Positions 9,090 to 19,470 of a DNA stretch of 64,000 nucleotides are shown here, in pieces. The translations under genes were made by a program, and so were the position numbers. Positions within the stretch are counted from its first letter, which is position 1, and each line of letters begins with the position of its first letter. Source of the DNA: Candidatus Eiseniibacteriota bacterium (GTDB lineage Bacteria; Eisenbacteria; RBG-16-71-46); contig OY970342.1 in the NCBI GenBank assembly GCA_963717505.1, positions 864,001 to 928,000 on the forward strand, written 5' to 3'. The notes under the pieces were generated by a model that did not search any database, was not told where the DNA came from, and was given only the letters and a program-made list of their open reading frames with translations.

Positions 9090-11876
9090 TCATGCGGCGG
9101 CCCGGTCCGAGGCTCGAGGCGGCGCCTCCTCGTCGAGCATCTCGCGCACCTTCCGCACCAGGGCGGACAGCGCATACGGCTTCTGCATGAAGGCGGAGCT
9201 TTTCTCGAGCACACCGTGGCGCACCACGGCGTCGTCCGTGTAACCCGACACGTAGAGAACCCGAAGCCCGGGGCGCTGGGCGACCAAACGCTGAGCCAAC
9301 TCCCCGCCCCCCATGACCGGCATGACGACGTCGGTGACCAGGATGTCGATGACCCCCTCGTGCGCGGCGGCCATCCCGAGCCCCTCGGCGCCGTTACGCG
9401 CCTCGATCACGCGGTAGCCGTTGGACTCCAGCACTTCGCGAGTCACCGAGCGCACCGGGTCTTCGTCTTCGACCAGCAGCACGGTCTCGACGCCACGAGC
9501 CGAGCCCGCCTGTTCTTCGACCGGTTCCGCCGTGGCCGCCGGAGCGCCCACCTGCGGAAAGTAGACTTTGAACGTCGAGCCCAGACCGGGCTCGCTGTAC
9601 ACGCTGACGTGGCCGTGATTCTGCTGCGCAATCCCGTAGACCGTCGACAATCCCAGACCGGTGCCCTTGCCCGGACCTTTGGTCGTGTAGAACGGCTCGA
9701 AGGCATGGGCCAGGGTCTCGGCATCCATGCCGCAGCCATTGTCCGCCACCGACAACATCACGTAGGCGCCCGGGGACACGTCGGCGTGCTGTTGGGTGTA
9801 GGCCCCGTCCAGCTTCACGTTCTCGACGCCGATGGTCAGACACCCACCCCGGGGCATCGCATCGCGCGCGTTCACCGCCAGGTTCATGACGATCTGCTCG
9901 AGCTGGCCACGATCCGCATAGACCGCTGCCGGCTTCGGCGACGGCACCACCGTCACCTCGATGTCCTCGCCGATCAGCCGCCGGAGCATGGCCTCGATCT
10001 GCAAGACCACAACGTTGAGATCCACGACCGCGGGCGTGAGCACGTCCTTGCGGCTGAACGCCAGCAGCTGTCGGGTCAGCAGCGATCCACGCGTCCCGGC
10101 CTTCTGGATCTCCTCGATGCTGCGCCGCATCGGATGGCCGGGTTCCACCCGGGCCAGCGCCAGCTCGCTGTGGCCGAGGATCGCCGACAGCAGGTTGTTG
10201 AAGTCGTGGGCCACGCCCCCTGCCAGGCGGCCGATCGCCTCCATCCGCTGGGCGTGCCGGAGCCGTTCCTCGAGCGTGCGCCGTTCGGTGACGTCGGTGG
10301 CCACCCCGATCAGACCCGTGACTTCTCCGTTGGGGTCACGCACGGGCGTGTAGCGCGTTTCGAATCCCAATCGGCCGAATTCGGTGACCTCGGTGAATTC
10401 CTCACCGGCAAGCGCCCGCCGCACCGCGGCCACGATGCGCGGGTAGTCCTTGTAGACCTCGAACACCGAGAGCCCCACCACCTGTCCCGGCTCGAGGTCG
10501 AGCTGTCGGAGCCCGCGCCCCTCCGACATGGTGAAGGTGCCGTCGCGGTCGATCGCGAACAGCACGATCGGGGTGTTGGCAACCACCGCGCGCAATCGCT
10601 CCTCGAGCCGCTGCAAAGCCGCGTGGACTTGCTTGTGCTCGGTGAGGTCGAGGTACTCGAGCATCAGGACTTCCAGACCGTCCAGGTCGTACGGCGTTCC
10701 GGAGAGAAGCGCGTGCAGCTCCGAGCCGTCGCGCGCCTTGATGCGGCATTCCTGGTTGCCCAGGCCCTCGCGCAGACCGGCAGCGTAGACCGGCTCGAGT
10801 CGGCGCCACTCGCTCTCGGAATGCAGTCCCGGCAGGGTCAGGTTCAGCAGCTCGGTTCCGCTGAAGCCGGTCGCGCGGCTGGCCATCGGGTTGGCGAGCA
10901 GGATGCGGTGCGTCGCCGGATCCACGAGCAGGATCGCCTTGGCACTGCGCTCGAACAGGAGGCGATAACGAGACTCGGATTGCCGCAGGCTTTCGAGGCC
11001 GCTCAAGTCCTGGACCATGACCATGGCCTCGGTCGGCCTGCCGTCGAGCCCTTTGATCGGCAGCGCGCTCAGATAAAGACTGTGATTCTGCCCCTGCTCG
11101 CTGCGGCGAAACTCGCGGTGAACGACGTGGTTGTGCTCCAAAGCCTGGGCGACCGGACAGTCCTCGCACCGACTCGGACGGGCGTGAGTGGCGTCGTGGA
11201 AGCTGGCGCATACCGCGTCGCAGCAGCGTCCGATCCAGCCCTCGCCCTCGCGAGGCTGCTGCGAGGCGAGCGTACTGTTGGTCCACAGGATGGTGCGCGA
11301 GGGATCGGTCACGAACACCAGAGCATCGGTCCGGTGCACGATGGCCGCGAACTTCTGCCGTTCGCGGTCGAGGACCCGGACCTGCTCGTCGAGATGGCGA
11401 AACCAGCGATCGTACTGAGCCCGGATCGACTGAGCGTGGATCAGCTCATGATAGGTCGCGGCCTGCCAACCCAGCGTCTCGAGGACCCCGGCCAGCGGGC
11501 CTTCGGGCAGCCGCTCGACATCGGGCGCCTGCGGCGCGCCGAGACACAGCACACCCTGCACCCGGCCGGCGGCGCGGAGCAGGAATATCGGCGGCCCAGG
11601 GGTCGTCGGGGGCATGCCGCGTTCCAGGGCTGCCAGGGCGCGCATCCGCATCGCGGTTCGCAGGTCCTCCGGAAGATCCGCCTCGAAGTGCCAGATCTCC
11701 CCCGCCCCGGCCGAGCCATTGGGCGTGAACAACGCCGAGGCGCGCGAACCGGTCGCGTTCGCCAGAGTCTTGAGGCTGCTCGCGATCGCGTCCCCGACCA
11801 GCGAGGGGGCGAGCACCAACGCCCCCAACACCGGGATGCGGCTCGATTCGGATGGTGAGACCGGGTCGACGGCCAT
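9090..11876 (-). CDS. Hybrid sensor histidine kinase / response regulator with 3 PAS domains
   Basis: H-box AGGVAHDFNN, N-box NLAVNARDAM, GKGTGLGL, receiver VLLVEDE...TDVVMP. Confidence 0.95.
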   Translation of the reverse strand: MAVDPVSPSESSRIPVLGALVLAPSLVGDAIASSLKTLANATGSRASALFTPNGSAGAGEIWHFEADLPEDLRTAMRMRALAALERGMPPTTPGPPIFLLRAAGRVQGVLCLGAPQAPDVERLPEGPLAGVLETLGWQAATYHELIHAQSIRAQYDRWFRHLDEQVRVLDRERQKFAAIVHRTDALVFVTDPSRTILWTNSTLASQQPREGEGWIGRCCDAVCASFHDATHARPSRCEDCPVAQALEHNHVVHREFRRSEQGQNHSLYLSALPIKGLDGRPTEAMVMVQDLSGLESLRQSESRYRLLFERSAKAILLVDPATHRILLANPMASRATGFSGTELLNLTLPGLHSESEWRRLEPVYAAGLREGLGNQECRIKARDGSELHALLSGTPYDLDGLEVLMLEYLDLTEHKQVHAALQRLEERLRAVVANTPIVLFAIDRDGTFTMSEGRGLRQLDLEPGQVVGLSVFEVYKDYPRIVAAVRRALAGEEFTEVTEFGRLGFETRYTPVRDPNGEVTGLIGVATDVTERRTLEERLRHAQRMEAIGRLAGGVAHDFNNLLSAILGHSELALARVEPGHPMRRSIEEIQKAGTRGSLLTRQLLAFSRKDVLTPAVVDLNVVVLQIEAMLRRLIGEDIEVTVVPSPKPAAVYADRGQLEQIVMNLAVNARDAMPRGGCLTIGVENVKLDGAYTQQHADVSPGAYVMLSVADNGCGMDAETLAHAFEPFYTTKGPGKGTGLGLSTVYGIAQQNHGHVSVYSEPGLGSTFKVYFPQVGAPAATAEPVEEQAGSARGVETVLLVEDEDPVRSVTREVLESNGYRVIEARNGAEGLGMAAAHEGVIDILVTDVVMPVMGGGELAQRLVAQRPGLRVLYVSGYTDDAVVRHGVLEKSSAFMQKPYALSALVRKVREMLDEEAPPRASDRAAA

Positions 11877-11882
11877 TGCGGA

Positions 11883-12359
11883 TCACGCGGCGCGCGTGCG
11901 GGTCCTCGCCGCGTAGAGGTCGGCAAGGCAGTCGGCGACCTTCTGGACTCTGTCGACCGCAGCATCATCGAACGCCGAAACCATGTGGCTGTCGATGTCG
12001 ATCTGCGAGTAGATGTGATCGCCGGAGCGTATGAGCACCACCAGCTCGGAGCGGGTCTCGGTGCTGCATGCCAGGTAGTTCGAGACCTTGGTGACGTCCG
12101 GGATGTTCATGTTGCGCTTCTCGGCAACCGCGCTTCCGCACACGCCTTGGCCGACTCCAATGAAGACGTGGTCGGTGGGGGCGCCGATGAAGGGTCCGAG
12201 GCGCAGGACGTTGTCCGGGAACAGCTCGTAGATCCCGGTCCAGTGGAATCGCGGGTTCGACTCGTGCAGTCCGCGCACCGCGGCCTCGAGCACCGACTCG
12301 AAGGGGGCGCCGGCCTCGCCCATCTCCCTGAGTCGCGCGACGAGCTGATCCACTTCCAT
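11883..12359 (-). CDS. msrC: GAF-domain protein, free methionine-(R)-sulfoxide reductase-like
   Basis: W.G.Y, GQGVCG, YLACS.ETRSELVV, DIDS. GGAGG RBS before the ATG at 12359. Confidence 0.7.
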   Translation of the reverse strand: MEVDQLVARLREMGEAGAPFESVLEAAVRGLHESNPRFHWTGIYELFPDNVLRLGPFIGAPTDHVFIGVGQGVCGSAVAEKRNMNIPDVTKVSNYLACSTETRSELVVLIRSGDHIYSQIDIDSHMVSAFDDAAVDRVQKVADCLADLYAARTRTRAA

Positions 12360-12524
12360 GGTCGCCTCCATTCACCGCCGGGGAAGGACTCGAGCCCTCG
12401 GCGGGTGAGTTGCGGGTCGACGGGAAGGGACGTCCCGCGACGGGGTCCGGGCCACATGGCCGACTCTCTTATCGGCCCCTGACCGTAGGCCCTTGAGAAC
12501 GTCGCGGGTCGACCGAGAAGTCCG

Positions 12525-13904
12525 CTAGGCCGCCTCCCGGCGTCCCTCCTCGCGCGGAATCGGTGGGCGCGCCGGACCGGCGGCAAACCAGTCCACGTGC
12601 CGGGTCAGCGTCATGATCAGCGCCAGGAGAACGAACACGCCGATCGAGCCGATCAGCAGCGCGTAGTCCTCGTTCACCAGAACGACGAACAGGTAGCCGT
12701 AAAGGGTCGCAACCAGACCACCCAAGGCCGCGGCGCGTCGCCGGGTGCCGAGCACCGACGCGCTGTAGGCCGTGACCTGACCGACGATCGCGACCGTGGC
12801 CACGGCGTAGGCCCAGCCGAAGCCGATGTGCTCCGAGAGGGAGAGTTCGAGCAGATAGAAGATGCACATCGCGCACCCGATCAGCAGGTACTGGATTGGG
12901 TGCACGCGCACATTGCACAACACTTCGACCAGCCACAGGGTCGCGAAGGTCAGCAGCAGGAACAGCCCGGCGTACTTCACACTGCGCGACGCCATGCGGT
13001 AGTGATCCACGGTCTGGATCAGATCGAAGCCAAAGCGTGATTGCTGGAGCGCATCGGCCGCCACCGCGTTTTCCCGCCAGGCTTGCGGGAAGTTGCGCCC
13101 CAGATACGACACCGTCCAGGCAGCCTCGAACCCCTTGCCCCCGACCTGGTGGCGATCCGGAAGCCAGTTGCCCTGAAAACTCGGGCTCTGCCAGTTGGAG
13201 GCCAGCTCGACCTGCGTCGTCTTGCCCACCGGCGCCCAGTAGGCGCCTTCGCTGCCTTTGAGTCGAAGCGGCAGCCGGAATGCGATCTCCTTCGCGGTCG
13301 GATCGATCGCGACCTCGGAGTGGACGCCGCTGGCGACGACCTGCGTTTCGCCGACGCCGGGCAACAATTCGGTGGACGCACCACCCCACTCGATCGCGGT
13401 CGGCGACTCGAGCGCCCGGATGTCGGAGAGGCCGAGGACCACTTGCGCCCGGTTCCACTGGACGTCGGCATCGGAAATGTTCCAGGCGTCGAACGACGGC
13501 CGCGCAAACGTTCCGGTCAGGTCGAGGCTCGCCCGATAGACCGGAACCGAGAAGATGCCGCGCCGTCGCGACTCGGCGTCGAGCCGGCCTTTGGCCACGA
13601 CCTGCTCGGGCAGGAACGTCGCGTGGCGGATCTCCTGTCGCTCGACCGGCTTGCCGTTCACCGTCTCGCTCGAGCGATGGACGTAGGGGACGATCAACAG
13701 CGGACCGCTCAGCGCCTGCATGCGGCCCCACTTCGAGCCCACTTCCTGCACCGCCGAATCACGCCGCGTCTGGCGCTCGCGGATCAAGCCGTCGATCATC
13801 CAGATCGGCACCTGCACGAGAACCACGAGCACCAACACGACGAACGCGCGCAGCAGGTGCGAGGAACTCCACGACGAAGACGGGAATCCGGGTCGGGGCT
13901 GCAT
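12525..13904 (-). CDS. creD: Inner membrane protein CreD
   Basis: RRRGIFSVPVY, SNWQSPSFQGNWLP, RSVKY, VHPIQYLLIG, LSLSEHIGF, EDYALLIGS. Confidence 0.92.
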   Translation of the reverse strand: MQPRPGFPSSSWSSSHLLRAFVVLVLVVLVQVPIWMIDGLIRERQTRRDSAVQEVGSKWGRMQALSGPLLIVPYVHRSSETVNGKPVERQEIRHATFLPEQVVAKGRLDAESRRRGIFSVPVYRASLDLTGTFARPSFDAWNISDADVQWNRAQVVLGLSDIRALESPTAIEWGGASTELLPGVGETQVVASGVHSEVAIDPTAKEIAFRLPLRLKGSEGAYWAPVGKTTQVELASNWQSPSFQGNWLPDRHQVGGKGFEAAWTVSYLGRNFPQAWRENAVAADALQQSRFGFDLIQTVDHYRMASRSVKYAGLFLLLTFATLWLVEVLCNVRVHPIQYLLIGCAMCIFYLLELSLSEHIGFGWAYAVATVAIVGQVTAYSASVLGTRRRAAALGGLVATLYGYLFVVLVNEDYALLIGSIGVFVLLALIMTLTRHVDWFAAGPARPPIPREEGRREAA

Positions 13905-14064
13905 CGTTGCCTCCAGCCAAGAGTGAGCGCCGAGGGCGGGGTTTCGGGCGCGCCAGGAGCGGGTCGATCGGTGGCTCCGGTTGCCTCTTCGGCATACCGA
14001 GAGCGGAGCTTGAGGATAGGCCGCGGCGCGCCGCAGGTGTCAGGGTCGGGCCAAAACCGACTCG

Positions 14065-14367
14065 TCAGTGAGACTGGACCTGGCCAGTCTGAGGAGCGCG
14101 GACGGCCCGATGCGCGAGGAACAAGGCCAGGGCATAGGGAAACGTCAACCAAAAGTTCATTCCGATTTCGAACGGGAACAAGTTGTGGGACGTCGGATCC
14201 CGCTGCCAGTCGGGCATCAGGACGAACGCGAAGTAGGCGGCAATCGCGATCCAGGGCAGGGCCGCCGCCACCCGCCACTTGAGCCCGCGAAACTTGAAGA
14301 CCCCGATTGCCGACATCACCAGTCCGATCGGCACGGTGAAGAAACCGAAGATCATCAACAGATCCAT
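14065..14367 (-). CDS. Small membrane protein (about 3 TM)
   Basis: GGAGG RBS, hydrophobic segments, DPTSHNLFPFEI motif. Confidence 0.7.
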   Translation of the reverse strand: MDLLMIFGFFTVPIGLVMSAIGVFKFRGLKWRVAAALPWIAIAAYFAFVLMPDWQRDPTSHNLFPFEIGMNFWLTFPYALALFLAHRAVRAPQTGQVQSH

Positions 14368-14498
14368 GGTCGACGCCTCCACCACTGGGTCGCGGCTACG
14401 GGCGTGCGCGACGCCTGGCATCGTTCATCCCGCCCTCGCGGTATCGGCCGAAATCGGCCCGGGCGAAACCCCGGTTCGGCAATGCTACCCTGCCACGA

Positions 14499-15962
14499 AT
14501 GCCCCTCTCGACCCCCCAGCTCGACGAGCTGCGCGCCCTGCTCGGTGACGACGGTGTCCTGGCGTCCGAGGCCGCCCGTTTCACCTACGACGCCGACGCG
14601 CTGACCCTCGAGCACCACACACCCGACGTCGTCGTGCTGCCGCGCTCGACCGACGAGGTCGCGGCGGTGGTGCGCTGGGCGCACGCGAATCGGATTCCGG
14701 TCACCGCGCGCGGGGCGGGCACCGGGCTCGCCGGCGGCGCCACCGCCGAGTACGGCGGCATCGTGCTCTCGGTCAATCGCATGGACGAGGTACTCCGGGT
14801 CGATCCGGACCGCATGCTGGCCTGGGTCCAGCCCGGGCTCGTGAATCTGTGGCTCTCGCAACAGATGGCGCCGCACGGGCTCTACTACGCGCCCGATCCG
14901 GCGTCGCAGCAGGTGAGCACGGTCGGCGGCAACGTCGCGACCAACGCCGGCGGCCCGCACTGCCTCAAGTACGGCGTCACGCTCAATCACGTTCTCGGGA
15001 TCACCGTCGTGCTCCACGACGGCATGGTGGTGACTCTGGGTGGCGAAGCCCCGGACGCGCCCGACTCCGACTTGATGAGTGCCGTGGTCGGCAGCGAGGG
15101 TACGCTGGCGATCGTCGCCGAGATCTGCGTGCGCCTGCTGCCCAAACCGCAAGCGGTGCGAACGATGTTGTTCGACTTCGTTAAGATCGAGGACGCCTGT
15201 CAGGCGGTTTCCGACGTGATCGCAGCCGGCATCGTGCCGGCGGCGATGGAAATCATGGATCAACACACGGTCGGCCTGGTCGAGTCGTGGCTGAAGCTCG
15301 GACTGCCGCTCGACGCCGGCGCGGTGCTGCTGATCGAGGTCGACGGTCCGGCGATATCGCTGCCGGCACAGGTCGACCGCGTGATCGCCAAGGCGCAGGC
15401 GCGGAATGCCCGCAGCACGCGTATCGCCAAGGACGACGCCGAGCGCGCCGCGATCTGGCGCGGGCGCAAGTCGGCGTTCGGCGCCTACGGGCGAACGGCG
15501 AGCGGCTTCTACATCATGGACGGCGTGGTGCCGCGCACGCGTCTGGCCGAAGCGCTCGCGACCATCGGCCGTCTGTGTGCCGAGCGCGGCCTCGATTCCG
15601 GCAACGTGTTCCACGCCGGCGACGGCAATCTGCACCCGCACGTGCTGTTCGACGCCGCCGACCCCGCAGCGCAGGCGCGGGCACTCGAGGCTTCGCTCGA
15701 GATCCTGCGCATGTGCATCCGCCTGGGCGGCACGATCTCGGGCGAGCACGGCGTCGGCATCGAAAAACGCCCGATGATGTCCGAGCTATTCGCCCCCGCC
15801 GATCTCGCCGCCATGGAGTCGTTTCGCGACGCGTTCAACCCCGAGGGTCTGCTGAACCCCGGGAAGATCCTGCCGGGCGGCGGCGGTTGCCGCGAGGCGG
15901 CACCGGCGCAGATGGGCGGCATGCGCGCGCGCGACCCGGGGCCGGAGGGACCGTGGATCTGA
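14499..15962 (+). CDS. glcD: Glycolate oxidase FAD subunit GlcD-like
   Basis: RGAGTGLAGG, YAPDPASQ, NAGGPHCLKYGVT, HAGDGNLHP, GEHGVG.EK. Confidence 0.9.
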   Translation: MPLSTPQLDELRALLGDDGVLASEAARFTYDADALTLEHHTPDVVVLPRSTDEVAAVVRWAHANRIPVTARGAGTGLAGGATAEYGGIVLSVNRMDEVLRVDPDRMLAWVQPGLVNLWLSQQMAPHGLYYAPDPASQQVSTVGGNVATNAGGPHCLKYGVTLNHVLGITVVLHDGMVVTLGGEAPDAPDSDLMSAVVGSEGTLAIVAEICVRLLPKPQAVRTMLFDFVKIEDACQAVSDVIAAGIVPAAMEIMDQHTVGLVESWLKLGLPLDAGAVLLIEVDGPAISLPAQVDRVIAKAQARNARSTRIAKDDAERAAIWRGRKSAFGAYGRTASGFYIMDGVVPRTRLAEALATIGRLCAERGLDSGNVFHAGDGNLHPHVLFDAADPAAQARALEASLEILRMCIRLGGTISGEHGVGIEKRPMMSELFAPADLAAMESFRDAFNPEGLLNPGKILPGGGGCREAAPAQMGGMRARDPGPEGPWI

Positions 15963-16002
15963 GCGTGCACCCGATGGTCGCGTTGCCCGCGAGCGTTACG
16001 CC

Positions 16003-17244
16003 ATGAGCACGGCCGTCGCGCAACCAATCGCCGGGTGCGCGGTCGATCCCGGGGGCTACTTGATCGGCGGCCTCGCGCCCCGGTTCGCGACGCGTCCCAC
16101 CAAATTCGACGAGCTGATCGAGATCGTCCGGGCGTGCGCGAACGACGATCTCGGCATCGTCCCCTGGGGCGGCGGCGTTTCGTTGCCGCAGGAAGCGCCG
16201 ATCGAGCGCTACGACCTGGCTCTCGACCTCACGCGTCTGCGGCGAGTGGTCGAGTACGAGCCGGAGGACCTGACGCTGACCGTCGAGTGCGGCATTACGA
16301 TCGCGGCACTCCGTGCCCGGCTCGCCGATTGCGGCCAGGAGTTGCCGCTCGAAGCGGCGCACGCCGATCGGGCAACGGTCGGCGGCGTGCTTGCGGCCAA
16401 CGCCAGCGGACCGCGGCGCCGGCAGATTGGTGGTCCCCGAGACCGAATCCTGGGTGCGCGGTTCCTGCTCGGCGACGGCACCCTGGCACGCACCGGCGGC
16501 AAGGTGGTGAAGAACGTCGCGGGCTACGGCATCCATCGCATGTTGGTCGGCTCGCGTGGCGGGCTCGCGATTCTGGTCGACGCCAGCTTCAAACTGCTGC
16601 CGGCGCCGGCGGCGCGCGTGGCCATGATCTACGCGGCCGACCGCGCCTGGCTCGAACGACCGGCGTGGGCCGAGGTCGCGCGCTGGGAGCCTGCGGTGTG
16701 CACCGTGGTTTCTGCGAACGTAGCGCTCGAGGCTTCGTTGCCGGGAGCCACGTCCGGGAACTTCTGGGTGGTCCTCGGCTTCGAGGATGACGCCCCGAGG
16801 GTCAACGAGCTCTACCTCGATGCCGTCCAGCGGCTGGGATTGCCCGGCGTCGAATTGCGCGAGGCCGACGCCGAGGGCTTGTGGCAGAACCTTGCAGACC
16901 TCGAGGTCCGGGGCGCGGCGACCCTGACCTTTGCGAGCGCGGACTTGGTACCCGGCGCCGCGCTCTTGGCCCAAGCGGCCGGAGTCACCGACTTCGTGCT
17001 CCATACCCCGGCGGGTCGCCTCCACGTTTTCCCCGGACCAGATCAATCGAGCGAAACCGCTTCGGTCCCTGGGTGGGTCGCCGCCTTGAGCGAGGCGGGC
17101 TTCGCGTTGATCGGGTCGCGGGGGGTTGAACTGGGTGCTCGGGCCCAGTCGGCGACTGCCGGGCTGCGCTCCAGAATCCGCACCGCCCTGGACCCGGCCG
17201 AGCGGTTCCCCCTCGGGCGGAACTGGCAACGGGGCACGGGGTAA
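16003..17244 (+). CDS. glcE: Glycolate oxidase FAD subunit GlcE-like
   Basis: YEPEDLT, ATVGG..A.N.SGPRR, GGKVVKNVAGY. Adjacent to glcD. Confidence 0.8.
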   Translation: MSTAVAQPIAGCAVDPGGYLIGGLAPRFATRPTKFDELIEIVRACANDDLGIVPWGGGVSLPQEAPIERYDLALDLTRLRRVVEYEPEDLTLTVECGITIAALRARLADCGQELPLEAAHADRATVGGVLAANASGPRRRQIGGPRDRILGARFLLGDGTLARTGGKVVKNVAGYGIHRMLVGSRGGLAILVDASFKLLPAPAARVAMIYAADRAWLERPAWAEVARWEPAVCTVVSANVALEASLPGATSGNFWVVLGFEDDAPRVNELYLDAVQRLGLPGVELREADAEGLWQNLADLEVRGAATLTFASADLVPGAALLAQAAGVTDFVLHTPAGRLHVFPGPDQSSETASVPGWVAALSEAGFALIGSRGVELGARAQSATAGLRSRIRTALDPAERFPLGRNWQRGTG

Positions 17245-17337
17245 GCACTGTCGGACTTGCTGTCGCGGCGGGCGCACCCGGAAGCATGGGCCCGGGTCAG
17301 CCCGCCGGGCCGTTTATGGGCGGAGCCAATCTGGAGC

Positions 17338-17366
17338 TTGCCGCGCCTCCGGCCATCTCCTAGCCT
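17338..17366 (+). promoter_or_regulatory. Putative sigma70 promoter
   Basis: TTGCCG-17 nt-TAGCCT. Confidence 0.45.
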
Positions 17367-17408
17367 TAGGGGCCTTCCCGACCCCCACCCACCTCCGAGG
17401 ATCCCCTC

Positions 17409-18311
17409 ATGCCCCCCGTCCTTCGCAAGCTCCTGGCCGCGTTCGCCCTCGTAACCCTGTACGCCGCTGGCACGGGTTGCAGCAGCAGTGACGGCGGCGG
17501 CGGCACGGGAGAGCCGCCGATCACCCAGGAAGCCGCCGACGACATCGTGCAGCAGTTCGCGATGTCGTTCGCGCTGGACAACGGTGGCTGGCAGGTGGAC
17601 ATGGAGAGCGCCAACCAGTCGACGCCTCGTTTCTCGGCCCAACGGATGAAGCCGCTGGCGTTCGCGTTCCACAGCGGCATCGGCAGGGGCCTCGGCATCA
17701 TGCGCGACACGACGTTCACGCGGGTCGACATGAGCTACTCCTACAACTACCTCTACACCGACTTCGACTCGACTCGTGTCGACACCACCGACTGGTTCCG
17801 GGACTCGCTCGCGACCTGGAGCACGCTGGTGGTCGCGATCGAGGGTCGCGGCCAGGGCACCGGGACGATCGATGTCGATACCACGTTCTCGGGCGACTTC
17901 CGGCACTTCGCTGACGAGCTCCACGTCGTCGGCATGGGGTCGGACGACGACACCCTGGTGGTCTTCGGTTCCGGCGACGATTCCTTGTTCGCCACCTTCC
18001 GCCCAGCCGTCCGCGGCGGCAGCAGTGTCTACTACATCTTCACGGCGTTGAGCGACCTCAACGACATCGCGTACCTCAAGGACAATTCGAATCCGTACCC
18101 GGTCGAGGGCAACATCGAACTGCTCGTGTTCGCGGATCACCTGGGGTCGGCAAATCCCGCGGATCTGATCCGGTCGTATTCCGGCGAGCTCAGGGTCACG
18201 TTCGACGGCACGCAGACCCCGATCGCCACGTTCTCCGGCGAAATCGACGATCCCTCGCCGCCCTTCCGATATCGGATCAACCTGCGCACCGGAGCCATTA
18301 CGCGCATCTGA
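17409..18311 (+). CDS. Hypothetical acidic lipoprotein
   Basis: GAGG RBS, signal peptide with lipobox-like GTGC, Asp/Thr-rich beta-type composition. Confidence 0.7.
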   Translation: MPPVLRKLLAAFALVTLYAAGTGCSSSDGGGGTGEPPITQEAADDIVQQFAMSFALDNGGWQVDMESANQSTPRFSAQRMKPLAFAFHSGIGRGLGIMRDTTFTRVDMSYSYNYLYTDFDSTRVDTTDWFRDSLATWSTLVVAIEGRGQGTGTIDVDTTFSGDFRHFADELHVVGMGSDDDTLVVFGSGDDSLFATFRPAVRGGSSVYYIFTALSDLNDIAYLKDNSNPYPVEGNIELLVFADHLGSANPADLIRSYSGELRVTFDGTQTPIATFSGEIDDPSPPFRYRINLRTGAITRI

Positions 18312-18335
18312 GCTGCGCCAATCACCGAGTCGCCG

Positions 18336-18375
18336 GGGCCGCGCCCTCTGATGGGCGCGGCCCTGATCGTTTGTT
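18336..18375 (+). terminator. Putative terminator hairpin
   Basis: GGGCCGCGCCC-6 nt-GGGCGCGGCCC (perfect 11 bp) followed by a weak T-rich tail. Confidence 0.55.
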
Positions 18376-18438
18376 CACGGCCCGGCAAGCGGGCATGATG
18401 ATCGCCTCGACCCCCGTTATTCCCGCGAGGAACTCGCC

Positions 18439-19470
18439 ATGGATCCGCTCGTGTTCGTTCCCTTGATTGCCGTCGTCTGCGGTAGCGCCCACGGCCCGGC
18501 GCCCGAGGATTCCGACCGCCGCGAAGCGACCCCGCTGGTGTCGACCTACTCGATCGTCGCGCGCGATCCGGCGACCGGGGAGATGGGCGTCGCGGTTCAG
18601 TCGCACTACTTCTCGGTCGGCCCGATCGTACCGTGGGCCGAGTCGGGAGTCGGCGCGGTCGCCACGCAATCGCTGGTGCTGGTCGACTACGGCCCCAACG
18701 GACTCGCGCTAATGCGCCAGGGTATGACGGCGCAGCAGGCGCTCGATTCGCTCAAGCGGGCCGACCCCAATCCCGCGGTGCGACAGGTCGCGATGGTCGA
18801 CGCCAAGGGCAACGTCGCCTCGCACACCGGCGACAAGTGCATTCCCGAGGCCGGGTACGAAAAGGGCGAGCAGTTCTCGGTGCAGGCCAACCTGATGGCC
18901 AAACCGACGGTGTGGCCGGCCATGGCCAAGGCGTTCCGCGAGGGTAAGGGCGATCTCGCCGAGCGCATGCTGCTGGCGCTCGAAGCCGCCGAGAAGGAAG
19001 GCGGCGACATTCGCGGCCGACAGTCCGCGGCGATCCTGATCGTGCGCGCCCAGCCGACCGGCAAGCCGTGGCTCGACCGGGTCATGGACCTGCGCGTCGA
19101 AGATCATCCCGATCCCAACACCGAGCTGCGCCGTCTGGTGCGCCTGCGCCGCGCGTACAACCTCGAGGACGCGGGCGACAACTACATCGCCGAGGGCAAG
19201 TCGAAGGAAGCGCTTGCCGCGTATGCCGAAGCGGCGAAGCTCGCGCCCGACGTGGTCGAGCTCCAGTTCTGGGCGGCGGTCTCGATGTATGAGAACGGGA
19301 AGCGAGCGGAAGCGCTCGAGATCTTTCGCCAGGTGTTCCAGGCCGAGGGCAAGCGCTGGGTCGATCTGATTCCGAGGCTCGCGAAAGTCGGGCTGTTCCC
19401 CAACGACCCGGCAAAGATCGCCGAGGTGCAGAAGCAATGGACCGGGGCCGGGAGTCCACCCCAACGGTGA
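18439..19470 (+). CDS. DUF1028 family (Ntn-hydrolase-like) protein with C-terminal TPR
   Basis: TYSIVARDP.TGE.GVAVQS, GAVATQS, GGDIRGRQSAA, DLRVEDH. Confidence 0.85.
   Translation: MDPLVFVPLIAVVCGSAHGPAPEDSDRREATPLVSTYSIVARDPATGEMGVAVQSHYFSVGPIVPWAESGVGAVATQSLVLVDYGPNGLALMRQGMTAQQALDSLKRADPNPAVRQVAMVDAKGNVASHTGDKCIPEAGYEKGEQFSVQANLMAKPTVWPAMAKAFREGKGDLAERMLLALEAAEKEGGDIRGRQSAAILIVRAQPTGKPWLDRVMDLRVEDHPDPNTELRRLVRLRRAYNLEDAGDNYIAEGKSKEALAAYAEAAKLAPDVVELQFWAAVSMYENGKRAEALEIFRQVFQAEGKRWVDLIPRLAKVGLFPNDPAKIAEVQKQWTGAGSPPQR

Noticed and set aside
9216-11858. Long antisense or alternate-frame ORFs (also 19182-21962, 34259-36685, 44564-46507, 60951-63374, 61462-63441)
   Set aside because: They are shadow ORFs of high-GC genes, with no motifs and full overlap with well-supported CDSs.
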